Shown: piece after piece, positions 8,685 to 18,720 of the stretch
How the letters are laid out: the number at the start of each line of letters is the position of its first letter
Numbering within the stretch: position 1 is the first letter of the stretch
IMG/VR virus record: IMGVR_UViG_2162886007_000107
Coordinates: 62,001-126,000 of that record
Length of the DNA: 64,000 bases
Strand: one strand, 5' to 3'
The notes under the pieces: generated by a model
Databases searched by the model: none
What the model saw: the letters and a program-made list of their open reading frames with translations, nothing else
What the model was told of the DNA's origin: nothing
Made by a program: the position numbers and the translations under genes

Positions 8685-8888
8685 ATGTCTATTTTCAATG
8701 TAGCAACCGAATACCTCGTTTCGCTTATGAAGAAGCGTGACGAACTTAACGCAAAACGTTCCGCATGGTTCCGGGAAGAAGGTGCAGGTGTATGCCTGGA
8801 CAAAGACTACCGTCTGCTGTGCAAAGAGATCAACAGTCTGCGGACTGAAATCAGTAGCCTTTCTAGCCAAGAGACTATCACTTTTTAA
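8685..8888 (+). CDS. small hypothetical early protein
   Basis: AAGGAG RBS; downstream of the early promoter. Confidence 0.7.
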   Translation: MSIFNVATEYLVSLMKKRDELNAKRSAWFREEGAGVCLDKDYRLLCKEINSLRTEISSLSSQETITF

Positions 8889-8899
8889 GGGGGGATCGA

Positions 8900-9277
8900 A
8901 TGGGGATTCGAGTAGAAGTAATCTGTGAGGGACCTCACATCAGAGATCTCAGCGTTATTCAGGGCGACAACTCCCTGACTGTAGGTCTGCTGGATTGGTG
9001 GGATACCCTCACAAACAAATCGAAGTTGTTGGGATTCGCCGCACCTAACTCCGAAATGGAAGTTGCCGCATATGGTACTTTGTTTGGGAGCCTCTTTGGG
9101 GAAGCAATACCGCATAAAAGCTTTCCACTGTTTGACCAGACTGAAGTCGATGACTTTCAGGATAATGTGAAGCACCTTAAGGAGTTGGGATACACGCCCC
9201 CAGTTCTCAAAGGCCGTCTCACCCTCGATCCAAAGTCCTTTCGGATCTTCAATGACGGTTGGAAAGAAAGAACATAA
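8900..9277 (+). CDS. hypothetical protein
   Basis: AAGGGGGG RBS; followed by a terminator. Confidence 0.7.
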   Translation: MGIRVEVICEGPHIRDLSVIQGDNSLTVGLLDWWDTLTNKSKLLGFAAPNSEMEVAAYGTLFGSLFGEAIPHKSFPLFDQTEVDDFQDNVKHLKELGYTPPVLKGRLTLDPKSFRIFNDGWKERT

Positions 9278-9279
9278 AG

Positions 9280-9344
9280 CTATAACCCTACCCATTCCCC
9301 GCAAAGGGAATGGGTAGGGTTATAGGTACAACTCTTTATTTTTT
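9280..9344. terminator. probable bidirectional terminator
   Basis: CTATAACCCTACCCATTCCC/GGGAATGGGTAGGGTTATAG between convergent genes; TTTATTTTTT. Confidence 0.8.
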
Positions 9345-9346
9345 CT

Positions 9347-10441
9347 TTAGTTATTTGCAATTGCGCTAGACAACTCCAGGGAAATCCCTTTGAAGTGGTC
9401 CCTACAGAATGTTGACGGGCATTTATCAAAGCTGCGTTCAACAAACGGCATAATGCGTTGAAGCATCGGTTTAAATTGTGTATCCCGATAGTTTAGCGAG
9501 TTAAACAGAGCCAAATATACCGAATACCACTTGATGCATGCAGGCTGCCAAAACCACGAAGTTTGTACCAGAAGACGGTTAGAACCACCATTCTCATAGT
9601 TGAAGAAATGTCGTGGGTAGATGCTATCCATAGCTGCAATCAAATGACCGATGTCAACCAGCTTGCGACTGGTAAGGAAATCCAAACGGTTATCAAACCA
9701 TTCGCGCACCAACTTCTTCTCACTCAGGCTAGTCCACTTAACTTGCTCCATGTCGAAGAAGCCTTTAGTGCTTTGGCCCTTAACAAAGAACTCATACAGC
9801 CAATTGAGAACAACCGATTGGTTATGGATCAACTGAGCAGTATAAAGAACATGCTTGGTAAGGTAGTCGGTAATCCCAGTTCCATCTCTGGCAGGATCAT
9901 TCATCCACATCCACCAGCCAATGGCCAGTTCAACCATGTTCAAACCAATCAGAGCAACCTGATCTTTATTCTTATCACTGGTGCTGGTACGCTCTACAGT
10001 AGTTTTATACCCGCGTTCCAATAGTGTACTGTAGACTGGGACAACCGGCCTTAGATCCTCAAACCGTAAGGTAGTAGGCTCGTAGACCTTCTCAGTCTCA
10101 ATCAGACCCCAAAGCTCGTGGCACCCATCACCGTACAAGCCGACCTTGATGGGTCCACCCGAGCTGGACATCGAATTGATTTTAAACACGGTTGCTAATG
10201 AGTATGAACGAAACTGTGTGTACTTGATTACATAATCAAGATCCCACTCTGGACTGATCGCCAGTTGCTGGAGAATCCCTACCAAAAGGAACTGATTCTC
10301 CAAGATGAATTCGTTGCTTTCCATGTAGGCTTTAAATGCCTGCTGGTTATGGCGAGTAACTCGGCGAAGGTTCTGAATACCTGAGAAACTCTTCATGGGG
10401 TAGTTGTACGTACCCGGTGTAGGAAATGGCAAAGTAAGCAT
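9347..10441 (-). CDS. conserved phiKZ-like protein divergent from chimallin (gp52-like by position)
   Basis: Long ORF; likely start MLTLPFP at 10441; synteny. Confidence 0.7.
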   Translation of the reverse strand: MLTLPFPTPGTYNYPMKSFSGIQNLRRVTRHNQQAFKAYMESNEFILENQFLLVGILQQLAISPEWDLDYVIKYTQFRSYSLATVFKINSMSSSGGPIKVGLYGDGCHELWGLIETEKVYEPTTLRFEDLRPVVPVYSTLLERGYKTTVERTSTSDKNKDQVALIGLNMVELAIGWWMWMNDPARDGTGITDYLTKHVLYTAQLIHNQSVVLNWLYEFFVKGQSTKGFFDMEQVKWTSLSEKKLVREWFDNRLDFLTSRKLVDIGHLIAAMDSIYPRHFFNYENGGSNRLLVQTSWFWQPACIKWYSVYLALFNSLNYRDTQFKPMLQRIMPFVERSFDKCPSTFCRDHFKGISLELSSAIANN

Positions 10442-10582
10442 TCGATAATTTCTCAGTGATGTTTCTATGTTATAGAAATCTTCACTCACGGGCGAAAGCC
10501 TGTGAGGGACTTCCATGCACTTCTGTAATTTGGATATGAATTTCTTGGTCGAAACCTATAGCATTTCGGCGACCTAAGAATA

Positions 10583-10599
10583 TTTCAAACCCATATTAC
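10583..10599 (+). promoter_or_regulatory. early promoter variant, CATATTAC
   Basis: TTTCAAACCCATATTAC upstream of chimallin. Confidence 0.55.
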
Positions 10600-10684
10600 T
10601 AACACGAGTTAGCAAAAGAGATTTAATCTTTTTAGCTAATTATCCGCTAGCAAGCACTATCTTCGAAGATAAGGAACAAAGGCT

Positions 10685-12769
10685 ATGCCACTGAATACTG
10701 AAGACCAAGGCTCACAATTCGAAGGCTGGGACGGCAAGAACCCTCAGCAACCGGGCGGTGGCCAGTCGCAACAACCGAACGGCAACTTCAACGGTGGTCT
10801 GCTGGGCGCACTGTTCGGCATGAACTCCATGGTTGCAGACAACCGTAACCTGAAGATCGTTTCGGAAGTCTACGACGTCCTGAACGAGAAAATCTTCAAG
10901 GACATCAACACTTCCACTACCGACGACCGTCAACGCAAAATCGTACCGAAGGTTGAGCAGCTGACTCAGACCCTGTCCTCGCAATTGCCAGGTCTGGGCT
11001 TCTGGGCAGTGATCGACGGCACCATGTACGTGATGGCAGCGCTGTTCTCCAACAAGGACCTGAACATCGGTTCGGAAAGCATCACCGTCAACAACGCTCA
11101 CGGCAGCCAGCAACGCACCTCGATCCCGCTGACCCCGGCCGCTCAAATCAACGAGCGCTTCATCAACAACCTGAAAGAGCACTACCAGCAAGTCGCCGCT
11201 TCCAAAGGCGTCAGCAACCTGGTTCTGACCAACCTGGTCGTCCAGGACATGGAAATGCTCAATCACCCGGAATCCGGTGAAACCAAAGACTGGCCGTTCA
11301 ACATCGCCCAGTACCTGGCCACCCAGTGGGAAGAAGCACTCCTGGTCTACGCCGCCAAGCTGATCGTTCAGAAAGGCGGCGCGATTCCATCGCCATGGCT
11401 GGAACCGAACCACCCGTACGGCAAAGACAACGTCGCCGAAGCTCGTGTACAAGCGATCTCCGGCCGCGTTACTCGCGCCAAGACTCTGTCGCCTGCCAAC
11501 ATGGAAATCGTGGTTACCACCATGAATGCCCAGGGCAACACTCACACCTTCAACCAGGCAAGCACTCGTGAGATCGCTCGCGTAACTGCGGCTGTCAGCC
11601 TGGCCGGTGTACCGTGGGCCGACTACCAGCAACAAATGGCAATGCAGATGCAGTCCCAGGACCACATGGCAAACCTGCGTGCCTTCATGGGCCAGGCGTA
11701 CCAGGCTGGTTCCGTATGGCAAGGCACCTACCGTCCGCTGCGTCCGGAGATCACCATCGACACCGTTACTGCCGGCGAAATGCTGCGCAACAACGGCGGT
11801 ATCTTCCCGTGGTTCTACGGCCTGTACGCTCTGATGACTTCCAACAACCAGTTCGTCTGGGCGGAAGCACTGCGCAAGGCTCAGGTCGGTGGTCGTGGTT
11901 CGCTGGTCGGCCTCGAAACTCGTATCAAGATGGTGGCTCAAGAAATGCCGGGCTTCGCTCAGCTGATCGCGGCCAAGAACAATCTTCGCATCCCTCTGGA
12001 TGACAAGAACATCAACGATACCGACTTCGTGACCAACTGGATCCGCCAGAACGTTTCGCCGCACGCGATCTTCCGCGTGAACCTGATCCCGAACGGTCCG
12101 GATTCGCCAATCGTCAACTTCCTCCGTGAACTCTGCGGTACCAACTCGTACGAGGCCACCAAGGTAGTCGTCGCTCTGATCGACTCCATGACCAAGTTCA
12201 AGTTCTCCGAGATCATCAACGAGAACAAGGCTCGTGGCACCGGCTGGTACCCAGATCCACAGAAGCCGATCCTGATCAACACCAATACCCTGGTGGTGAA
12301 CGGTATCGCAACTTCGACCCTGGCTTCGCGCGATCACAAAGAGCGCGTGATCAACACCCAGGAAGTGGACGAAATGTTCATCTGCAACAGCAAGCCTGGC
12401 GACACCGCAGCTTCCACCGCGGCAATCGACAGCTACCTGGGCACTGTGTACGGTAACAACCCGAACGAAAACGCCAAAGAACGTTCGCAGAAACTGCGTG
12501 TGGAACAATCGTCTTCGCTGTTCGACGGTCGCAACCACATCAACAGCTTCGGTTCGTCGGCTGTATTCGATCCGGGCTTCATGGCTGCAATGGCTGGCGC
12601 AATGGACACCATCGGTGGCCTGAACGCAGCCAACAACCTGGGCTCGTTCCGCGTACACCGTCTGGCTTCTACTCCGGGCATCGGTCTGGCTACTCTGGTT
12701 GGCGCTGGTTCCAACGGCCTCAACCTGGGCGCAAACCAGGCGTTCAACATCACTGTACCGCTGATCTAA
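10685..12769 (+). CDS. chmA: chimallin, phage nuclear shell protein
   Basis: 694 aa; extreme high-expression codon bias; early promoter; immediately upstream of nvRNAP beta'-N as in phiKZ gp54-gp55; disordered N-terminus. Confidence 0.8.
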   Translation: MPLNTEDQGSQFEGWDGKNPQQPGGGQSQQPNGNFNGGLLGALFGMNSMVADNRNLKIVSEVYDVLNEKIFKDINTSTTDDRQRKIVPKVEQLTQTLSSQLPGLGFWAVIDGTMYVMAALFSNKDLNIGSESITVNNAHGSQQRTSIPLTPAAQINERFINNLKEHYQQVAASKGVSNLVLTNLVVQDMEMLNHPESGETKDWPFNIAQYLATQWEEALLVYAAKLIVQKGGAIPSPWLEPNHPYGKDNVAEARVQAISGRVTRAKTLSPANMEIVVTTMNAQGNTHTFNQASTREIARVTAAVSLAGVPWADYQQQMAMQMQSQDHMANLRAFMGQAYQAGSVWQGTYRPLRPEITIDTVTAGEMLRNNGGIFPWFYGLYALMTSNNQFVWAEALRKAQVGGRGSLVGLETRIKMVAQEMPGFAQLIAAKNNLRIPLDDKNINDTDFVTNWIRQNVSPHAIFRVNLIPNGPDSPIVNFLRELCGTNSYEATKVVVALIDSMTKFKFSEIINENKARGTGWYPDPQKPILINTNTLVVNGIATSTLASRDHKERVINTQEVDEMFICNSKPGDTAASTAAIDSYLGTVYGNNPNENAKERSQKLRVEQSSSLFDGRNHINSFGSSAVFDPGFMAAMAGAMDTIGGLNAANNLGSFRVHRLASTPGIGLATLVGAGSNGLNLGANQAFNITVPLI

Positions 12770-12790
12770 GACTCCGGTCTTAATGGAATA

Positions 12791-12828
12791 AGGACTAGAG
12801 GGGTTAACGCCTCTCTAGTCCTCTATTT
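12791..12828 (+). terminator. intrinsic terminator
   Basis: AGGACTAGAG...CTCTAGTCCT stem. Confidence 0.6.
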
Positions 12829-12855
12829 CAGCATTTTGATTTTTTGGGAGTTGGC

Positions 12856-14481
12856 ATGGAATTACCGGCTATTACACCTTCAAATATGAAGGCCATCCAA
12901 GCTCTTACGCAGTACACGGTAGAATCGTTAGACCCGATGAGCTACCTGTCTCGGTTTGCTTTGAAGTTCAAGCCGGGAGAACTTGAGGACGATCCTCGAT
13001 ACTCCAAGCCGTTGTACCCTGACTTCGAAGATTACGATTATCTACACGATACCAGTAAGCTTAGACCAATTTATTTGAACGAACTTGATCTCAAGTTGGA
13101 GGAAGATCGAGAGTTACTCGGCCGTCTTACTCGTATGGAGTTTAACGGGAATACGTTCGAGACAGTTGCACAATGTACATGCGGTCATCTCAGAGGTAAC
13201 TACCGGATTCGGGAAGGTAACCCCCAGATCTGTGAGTACTGTGGTGACCCAGTTGAGAAGTTCTTCAACAAAGGCAATGATAGCAAGATCTGGCTCAAAG
13301 CTCCTGAGGGCGTAGATCGTTTCGTAAACATCGGGTTCTACTCGACGTTCTTTAGCAACATTACAATCGGTTCTCCCAAAGTCTGTATTCCGCGTTACTT
13401 CATGGACAAGGAATATCGGCGAGGTGTAAACAAGGCGAAGAATACTTCTGGTGTAATTATCAGGACGATGCTTGAGACCTTGCAGATCACCGAAGTGAAC
13501 ATGAACTCATTCATCCGTAATGCGGATCGACTCTTGGAGTGGATCTTAATCGGTGATGGTCGTCGACACTTCAAGAGCACCAAAGAAGGTCCGTTGTACA
13601 TGGAAGTGTGGGAGCGAAATAAAGATATCGCATTCCCTCGCTACATGAAAGTTCCAAATCGTTATAGCACCGTTCTTGAGAAGAGTGGCAAGGATACCTT
13701 CGCGTATTCGTATCAGCCGATTACCGCTTCTCTTTATATCAGTCTTACTGACACACTCAAATCCAATAGTACGCATCAACTCTCTGATGCCGAAAAGGAA
13801 AAGAATGCTGAAGTAGTGGGCAGAACTCTTTGCGCATTGGCCGAGCAGTACACGAAGGTTAACAACCCGACTGGATTGTTTAGCAAGACTGGTCTTAATC
13901 GTAAGCATGTGGGCTCGGGTAGCACACCGTTTACTGGTCGTTCAGTTATTACATCTCAAACCGGTATTATCGACCCTGACAAGTTGATCGTGCCGTGGAA
14001 GATGGCTCTGTCGATGCTTGAGATTCATATCAAGAGCTATCTGTACAGAAAAGGTCATACTCCTTACCAGGCCAAGAAACGTATCGCAGAAGCTGCGTAC
14101 AACGTCGATCCTCTGATCGATGCTTTCTTTACTGATATGGAAAATGGCTGCAAATGCTTAATCCAGTCTGGTCGTAACCCAACCATTGAGTTCTTGAGTT
14201 GCCGTACGTTCAAGTTCTTTGTTAATCGGGACCTGGAAGACGAAAGTGTTCGTCTGCCTATTCTCTCGACCAAGCAAATGAACGCGGACTTCGACGGCGA
14301 CCAGGAGTACATCATTGCCATCTTTGATAACGAATCGAAGGCTAAGGCATATGGTGGGTGGGGTCATCATCAGGCACTGGACCGCAACGTCTTGTTTAAG
14401 GTAGGGGACTACGCAGGTCAAACTGCAACGAACCTTATGAACTTGAACACCTTAATGATGCAACACGAAATAATGGAGTGA
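12856..14481 (+). CDS. non-virion RNA polymerase beta' N-terminal/middle subunit (phiKZ gp55-56.1-like)
   Basis: Zn ribbon CTC..CEYC, GRSVIT, GRNPT, catalytic NADFDGD. Confidence 0.92.
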   Translation: MELPAITPSNMKAIQALTQYTVESLDPMSYLSRFALKFKPGELEDDPRYSKPLYPDFEDYDYLHDTSKLRPIYLNELDLKLEEDRELLGRLTRMEFNGNTFETVAQCTCGHLRGNYRIREGNPQICEYCGDPVEKFFNKGNDSKIWLKAPEGVDRFVNIGFYSTFFSNITIGSPKVCIPRYFMDKEYRRGVNKAKNTSGVIIRTMLETLQITEVNMNSFIRNADRLLEWILIGDGRRHFKSTKEGPLYMEVWERNKDIAFPRYMKVPNRYSTVLEKSGKDTFAYSYQPITASLYISLTDTLKSNSTHQLSDAEKEKNAEVVGRTLCALAEQYTKVNNPTGLFSKTGLNRKHVGSGSTPFTGRSVITSQTGIIDPDKLIVPWKMALSMLEIHIKSYLYRKGHTPYQAKKRIAEAAYNVDPLIDAFFTDMENGCKCLIQSGRNPTIEFLSCRTFKFFVNRDLEDESVRLPILSTKQMNADFDGDQEYIIAIFDNESKAKAYGGWGHHQALDRNVLFKVGDYAGQTATNLMNLNTLMMQHEIME

Positions 14482-15104
14482 TCGCTATGACAATGAACAG
14501 CGCCCACGCATTCTCCCACGCCATTTCTGGAAGCTTCACTGACCAACAGATGCAGCAGAATGCTGAATACGTAAGTCAGCAACTAGGAGCGGCTCAGCAG
14601 TTGGGCGGGTGGTTGGCCAAACAAGCTACGAACATCATGGACGGCTTCAACAAGTTCGTGGAAAGTCGGGCTTGGGAGTTCAGTCGTCGTTTAGATGGTA
14701 ACGACGGTGATCGTTTCCTCGGTCATTTCGAAATTGGTTACTTGGGTTCGCCTGAAGCGATCCTCGGTGCCCAAGGTCTGATGGCTAACTACATCATGGC
14801 CAACCCGGCGCATATGAAAGCTTTCCTGGCCGGAGAGATCAAAGGCTATGAAGGACTCAGTCCACTCTGTAAAGGTGTTGGTGCTGAGAACATGTTCTAC
14901 CGCAAGGCACGACATGGTGTTATGGAAATCAGCGTTGAAGACGACGTAGCGAGTTCCAGACACAGTCACTATATGGACATGGGCAACCAGATTCTCAGCT
15001 TCCGGGATCGTTCTGCTATTGATTGTACCTGGACTGCTGCTGATCATCACAGGGCAAAGGGGCTCTTCGACATCAAGTCGGAGAAAGGCAGTAAAGAGAT
15101 GTAA
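14478..15104 (+). CDS. conserved hypothetical protein (phiKZ gp59/Imp3-like by position)
   Basis: GTGA overlap with the RNAP subunit; function from synteny only. Confidence 0.65.
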   Translation: MIAMTMNSAHAFSHAISGSFTDQQMQQNAEYVSQQLGAAQQLGGWLAKQATNIMDGFNKFVESRAWEFSRRLDGNDGDRFLGHFEIGYLGSPEAILGAQGLMANYIMANPAHMKAFLAGEIKGYEGLSPLCKGVGAENMFYRKARHGVMEISVEDDVASSRHSHYMDMGNQILSFRDRSAIDCTWTAADHHRAKGLFDIKSEKGSKEM

Positions 15105-15110
15105 CAGTTC

Positions 15111-15160
15111 GGTAAGGTATCCCTAGGGATACCTTACCTTACCTTACCCTTTTATTTTTT
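15111..15160 (+). terminator. intrinsic terminator
   Basis: GGTAAGGTATCCCTAGGGATACCTTACC palindrome followed by TTTTATTTTTT. Confidence 0.75.
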
Positions 15161-15195
15161 GTTTCGATTTTACGACGATTTCTTTTATAAGGTAT

Positions 15196-15606
15196 ATGGC
15201 CGTGAGTAGTTTCTGCGTAGGTACATTGGACTCAGGCGTAGGCTTCGAAACTCAGTCTCCTGAGGAAGCTATTAGCAGGCATTTGACATACTGGTTTGCT
15301 AGCCGTCGTAATCAAGGCAAGATCATGGGTAACGTTCCTAGTTGGAACTACCTTTGGATGACTCACAATCGTACACCGGACAGATTGGCTGAAAAGGCCA
15401 AAGAAGAACTGGATACCTACTTTGGTGAACTCTTCGCTCAACGTACGGTTGAAGTTACCTTTCAGTATTTGAACGAGTCCCGTTCACTTTACAGTTTACA
15501 AATATCGATCCAAGTAATTAGTGACGGCAAGCTCTATGATGTAGGGCGAACTATCCTAAAAACCGGCGAACATTACAAAGTGCTTGACAGCGAGAGGCTG
15601 AAATAA
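15196..15606 (+). CDS. putative baseplate/sheath-initiator (T4 gp25-like) protein
   Basis: 136 aa; two helices then a beta-meander (VEVTF..LQISIQVI..YDV) resembling the gp25 pattern; inference. Confidence 0.5.
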   Translation: MAVSSFCVGTLDSGVGFETQSPEEAISRHLTYWFASRRNQGKIMGNVPSWNYLWMTHNRTPDRLAEKAKEELDTYFGELFAQRTVEVTFQYLNESRSLYSLQISIQVISDGKLYDVGRTILKTGEHYKVLDSERLK

Positions 15607-16401
15607 ATGGACCTAAAGAAAACTCCACCGACCACTACTCGCGAACGCATGATCGAGAGCGCCTTCGGTTGGCTACGGGATGTAGACACCATCGAGGTTG
15701 ATGGTAAACGGATGATGGTTAATAAAGGCGACAACAAGCCTTACAACGTGGCTGACATCATCAAGGAATCGGACTTCATTCGTGATTGGTTGATGCTGTT
15801 TGCTCTGGGTCGTGAACACGGACTGAACTACTTCCCTACCCAGGAATGGATCGATCTGTCTGGCGACGGTCTGCAATCGGTTATGGTTGTAGACGACAAC
15901 AACCGTCCTCTGTTCCTGATCCCGCCTCTGGTGACCACCAACATGGGTCCTGAGCATCAGAAGATGCTGCGCGACCTGGAACAGGCTATCAAGCAGATTG
16001 CTGCTGACGAACAGCTCAAGCACCTGCCTGACGCTTCTGCTCACCTGGCACACCATGTTGAAAATGGGCTTGCCAGTGTTAAGCCTAAGCTGATCACCGA
16101 TATGGTACCACAGTGGTACTATGCTAAGCACCAAATCATCCCGGAAGTAGAAAAACAAGTTAACTACATCCGTCAAGTGGTTAACCCGCGCGCTACGGTT
16201 GATGATCTGAACAAAGCACGGCCTATCCTGTATCGGGCATTCAAGAAAGAACCTGTTACAGCCGACGAGAAGAAGTTCATCACAGAACTCACCGACGGCC
16301 TGTTCAAGTTCGAAGAAAGTACTTCTGAAACTGCTGTAAAGCAGAATGAAGCCAAAGATCAAGACGAGCCAGATCAAGAATTCGATCCGCTCGAATGCTA
16401 A
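15607..16401 (+). CDS. conserved hypothetical protein
   Basis: GAGG RBS; abuts the previous gene. Confidence 0.8.
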   Translation: MDLKKTPPTTTRERMIESAFGWLRDVDTIEVDGKRMMVNKGDNKPYNVADIIKESDFIRDWLMLFALGREHGLNYFPTQEWIDLSGDGLQSVMVVDDNNRPLFLIPPLVTTNMGPEHQKMLRDLEQAIKQIAADEQLKHLPDASAHLAHHVENGLASVKPKLITDMVPQWYYAKHQIIPEVEKQVNYIRQVVNPRATVDDLNKARPILYRAFKKEPVTADEKKFITELTDGLFKFEESTSETAVKQNEAKDQDEPDQEFDPLEC

Positions 16402-16420
16402 ACGTATTGGGGAGTTTTAA

Positions 16421-17545
16421 ATGAGGCAGCTTTGGTGCTCCGACCAGCACACCGTACACCAGATTACACCGTCGCTGCATATTCTGAATAACCTCACCAC
16501 TTTCTTGCGTAAAGAGAATGACCTCGCCAAAGTAGACATGATCTCATTTGGCGGGGACTGGTTCGAACGCATGATCGAACTCCCTAACGTTGAAGCGCAT
16601 GTGGTGTTGGACTGGGTAAGGAAGTTCCTGGACTACGCCTACAAAACCAATCCAGACATCATCGTGATCTGGTTGGAAGGAACATCCTCCCATGACTGGG
16701 GTCAGCCTAAGCATTTCCCTATGTTGGCCCCAGAAGGGATGGACGTTCGTTATATCGACACCCTGTGTATCCAAACTTTCGAGAAACTGGATAACTTGTC
16801 GATTATGTTTGTTCCAGACAACATGGGGGCAATCACTCCTGATGATGTGTGGGATAAAGCTTTAGGGGTATTAGCTGAATCTGGACTGGACATGGTTCAC
16901 CAGATTCACTTCCACGGAGCATTCGAATTCCAAATGCATACCAATGCACGACACAAGGCTCACAACCTTGAACGTTGGGAATCGATTGTTGAGTACTGCA
17001 TTCTGGCTGGTCACATTCATACGCCAGTGCAGCGTGGTAAGCTTTATACTTCTGGTAGTTTCGACCGTACTCGCCATGGTGAAGAACATCCCAAGGGCGG
17101 TTACGTTATCGATCTGGATCTGAAGACCAAAGAGTTTAAACCGGTCTTCTGGGAGAACAAGAATGCGCTCCCATACCTGACAATCAATGTGGATCAAAAC
17201 ATCGATCCAGCTGAGTTGATTGCACTAGTTCACAGTTTCATTGATAAGCGAAAGTTACCGATGCATTCCCAGTTACGCATCATGGGTGGGTCGGCTGCTG
17301 TAGTGAACCCAATGATCTCGGTCTTGGCTAAAGAGTACCCGCAGTTTGGGTTCAAAGCTGAGAACGAAAAGAATGACGACGAGATTGTCGAAGAAGCTTT
17401 GTTTGAAACCAAGGTCTACTCCGGCACATCTTTAACCAAGGCTAACATCAAAAGCTCTGCCGCTCCTTACGTAGCACCGAAGTTTGCTGCTATGGATATT
17501 CCAATGAGTGAGGCGGAAGCTGTATTAGAGGAGTTCTTAATCTAA
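16421..17545 (+). CDS. sbcD: SbcD/Mre11-like metallophosphoesterase nuclease
   Basis: SDQH, GGDWFE, GTSSHD, FHG and GHIH motifs. Confidence 0.85.
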   Translation: MRQLWCSDQHTVHQITPSLHILNNLTTFLRKENDLAKVDMISFGGDWFERMIELPNVEAHVVLDWVRKFLDYAYKTNPDIIVIWLEGTSSHDWGQPKHFPMLAPEGMDVRYIDTLCIQTFEKLDNLSIMFVPDNMGAITPDDVWDKALGVLAESGLDMVHQIHFHGAFEFQMHTNARHKAHNLERWESIVEYCILAGHIHTPVQRGKLYTSGSFDRTRHGEEHPKGGYVIDLDLKTKEFKPVFWENKNALPYLTINVDQNIDPAELIALVHSFIDKRKLPMHSQLRIMGGSAAVVNPMISVLAKEYPQFGFKAENEKNDDEIVEEALFETKVYSGTSLTKANIKSSAAPYVAPKFAAMDIPMSEAEAVLEEFLI

Positions 17546-18339
17546 TGAGAAGCACAGGCGCGTTAGGGATTTCAGTAGGTACCTCCCTTGCGCTTGAGCA
17601 GGGAAACCTCATGAACTTCCGGAGGATTGATACTGTCCTTTTTAATCTGCGGACTCTGGTGCGTAATGCCCTGGAGTCTTATGAGAAAGATGACGAGACA
17701 GCCTTCGACATTAATCAGTTAGTTAAGGATACTGAAGGGGACATTACCTTCATAGCCAAGTACATCGATCAGCACCGAAATGGTAAGCCTGTGAAGATGG
17801 TTGTCTACTATCCTTCCTACAGAGGACTCAAGGGTCGGTACCCTCATGCCGATATTAAGGATCATAGCAAAGGAACTGAGAAGCAACAGAAAGTCTACAA
17901 AGCCATCAATGGAGCATGCGAAAAGCTTCTTGAAAAATACGAGAAGCTGATAGTAGCTACCAATGTCGGGATGCCTCCTTTTAGTGGTAATGGCGTGGTG
18001 ATGACTCACCATCCCGTAGATCTGTGCGAGACGTCAGGAACAGGGCGACTCAAACTCTTCGAAAGTTATACGGGTGTTCTTAAGTCGTTCCCAGATTGGC
18101 ATACCAAGCTGACTAACGGCAAGAACCTGTTAAACATTCCGCTGAATCGTCTGACCATTCAGATCTTTGGTGACAACTCAACCGACTTCATGTCGTCTAA
18201 GCAAGCGATCAAGGATTTGGTGAAAACCATTGCCAACGATAGCGGCTGGACCACTGCCTCAACCTACGCTAGGGTGAAGTCATCCATCGTCAGCTTGCAG
18301 CAAGGTGTGGACAGGGCAGGTCTGATGATGATGTTCTAA
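17545..18339 (+). CDS. conserved protein with a possible PIN/5'-nuclease-like fold (phiKZ gp66-like)
   Basis: TAATG coupling; LFNLRTLVRNA, VVYYP and THHPVDL segments; synteny. Confidence 0.65.
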   Translation: MRSTGALGISVGTSLALEQGNLMNFRRIDTVLFNLRTLVRNALESYEKDDETAFDINQLVKDTEGDITFIAKYIDQHRNGKPVKMVVYYPSYRGLKGRYPHADIKDHSKGTEKQQKVYKAINGACEKLLEKYEKLIVATNVGMPPFSGNGVVMTHHPVDLCETSGTGRLKLFESYTGVLKSFPDWHTKLTNGKNLLNIPLNRLTIQIFGDNSTDFMSSKQAIKDLVKTIANDSGWTTASTYARVKSSIVSLQQGVDRAGLMMMF

Positions 18340-18349
18340 AGGAAGGCTT

Positions 18350-18649
18350 ATGAGTTTATTTGATCGTAGCAGAATGCTTTATCCCTGGGACAATAAACAT
18401 TCCTGGGAAGACCCTGTGACGTTTGAAGAGAAGATGGGCTCTTTAGTAGAAGGTCTTACTTATGTATCCTCTACAGTTGGACAAGAAGACTGTCCCACAG
18501 GAGACCTCGAAATTGCCCTTGCTCTCATCAAACAGATACCCACTTTGTACGACGTTATTGCGCATGGCGGTCCGGAACATCGAGAGTGGCTAAAGCAGGC
18601 TATCGAGCAACATTTTCAAGGTTTACCAATGCCTGAGTACAAAGGCTAA
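18350..18649 (+). CDS. hypothetical protein (accessory insertion in the core block)
   Basis: AAGGAAGG RBS; 99-aa ORF. Confidence 0.65.
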   Translation: MSLFDRSRMLYPWDNKHSWEDPVTFEEKMGSLVEGLTYVSSTVGQEDCPTGDLEIALALIKQIPTLYDVIAHGGPEHREWLKQAIEQHFQGLPMPEYKG

Positions 18650-18720
18650 ATAATCACAACATAATTCTACTGCGGACCCAATTTATAACGGCTGCTTGGA
18701 AAAATTTAAGGAAAGTCCCC

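Noticed and set aside
10712-12658. 648-aa antisense ORF opposite chimallin (likewise 2655-3686, 19541-20803, 34873-36675, 37265-38851, 42925-44451, 45198-46937, 54194-55483, 55655-57220)
   Set aside because: Shadow ORFs caused by strong codon bias of the sense gene; no RBS or recognisable protein motifs
10685-12769. Major capsid protein as the identity of the 694-aa gene
   Set aside because: The early promoter and the position directly before nvRNAP beta'-N fit chimallin; there is no GxE propeptide
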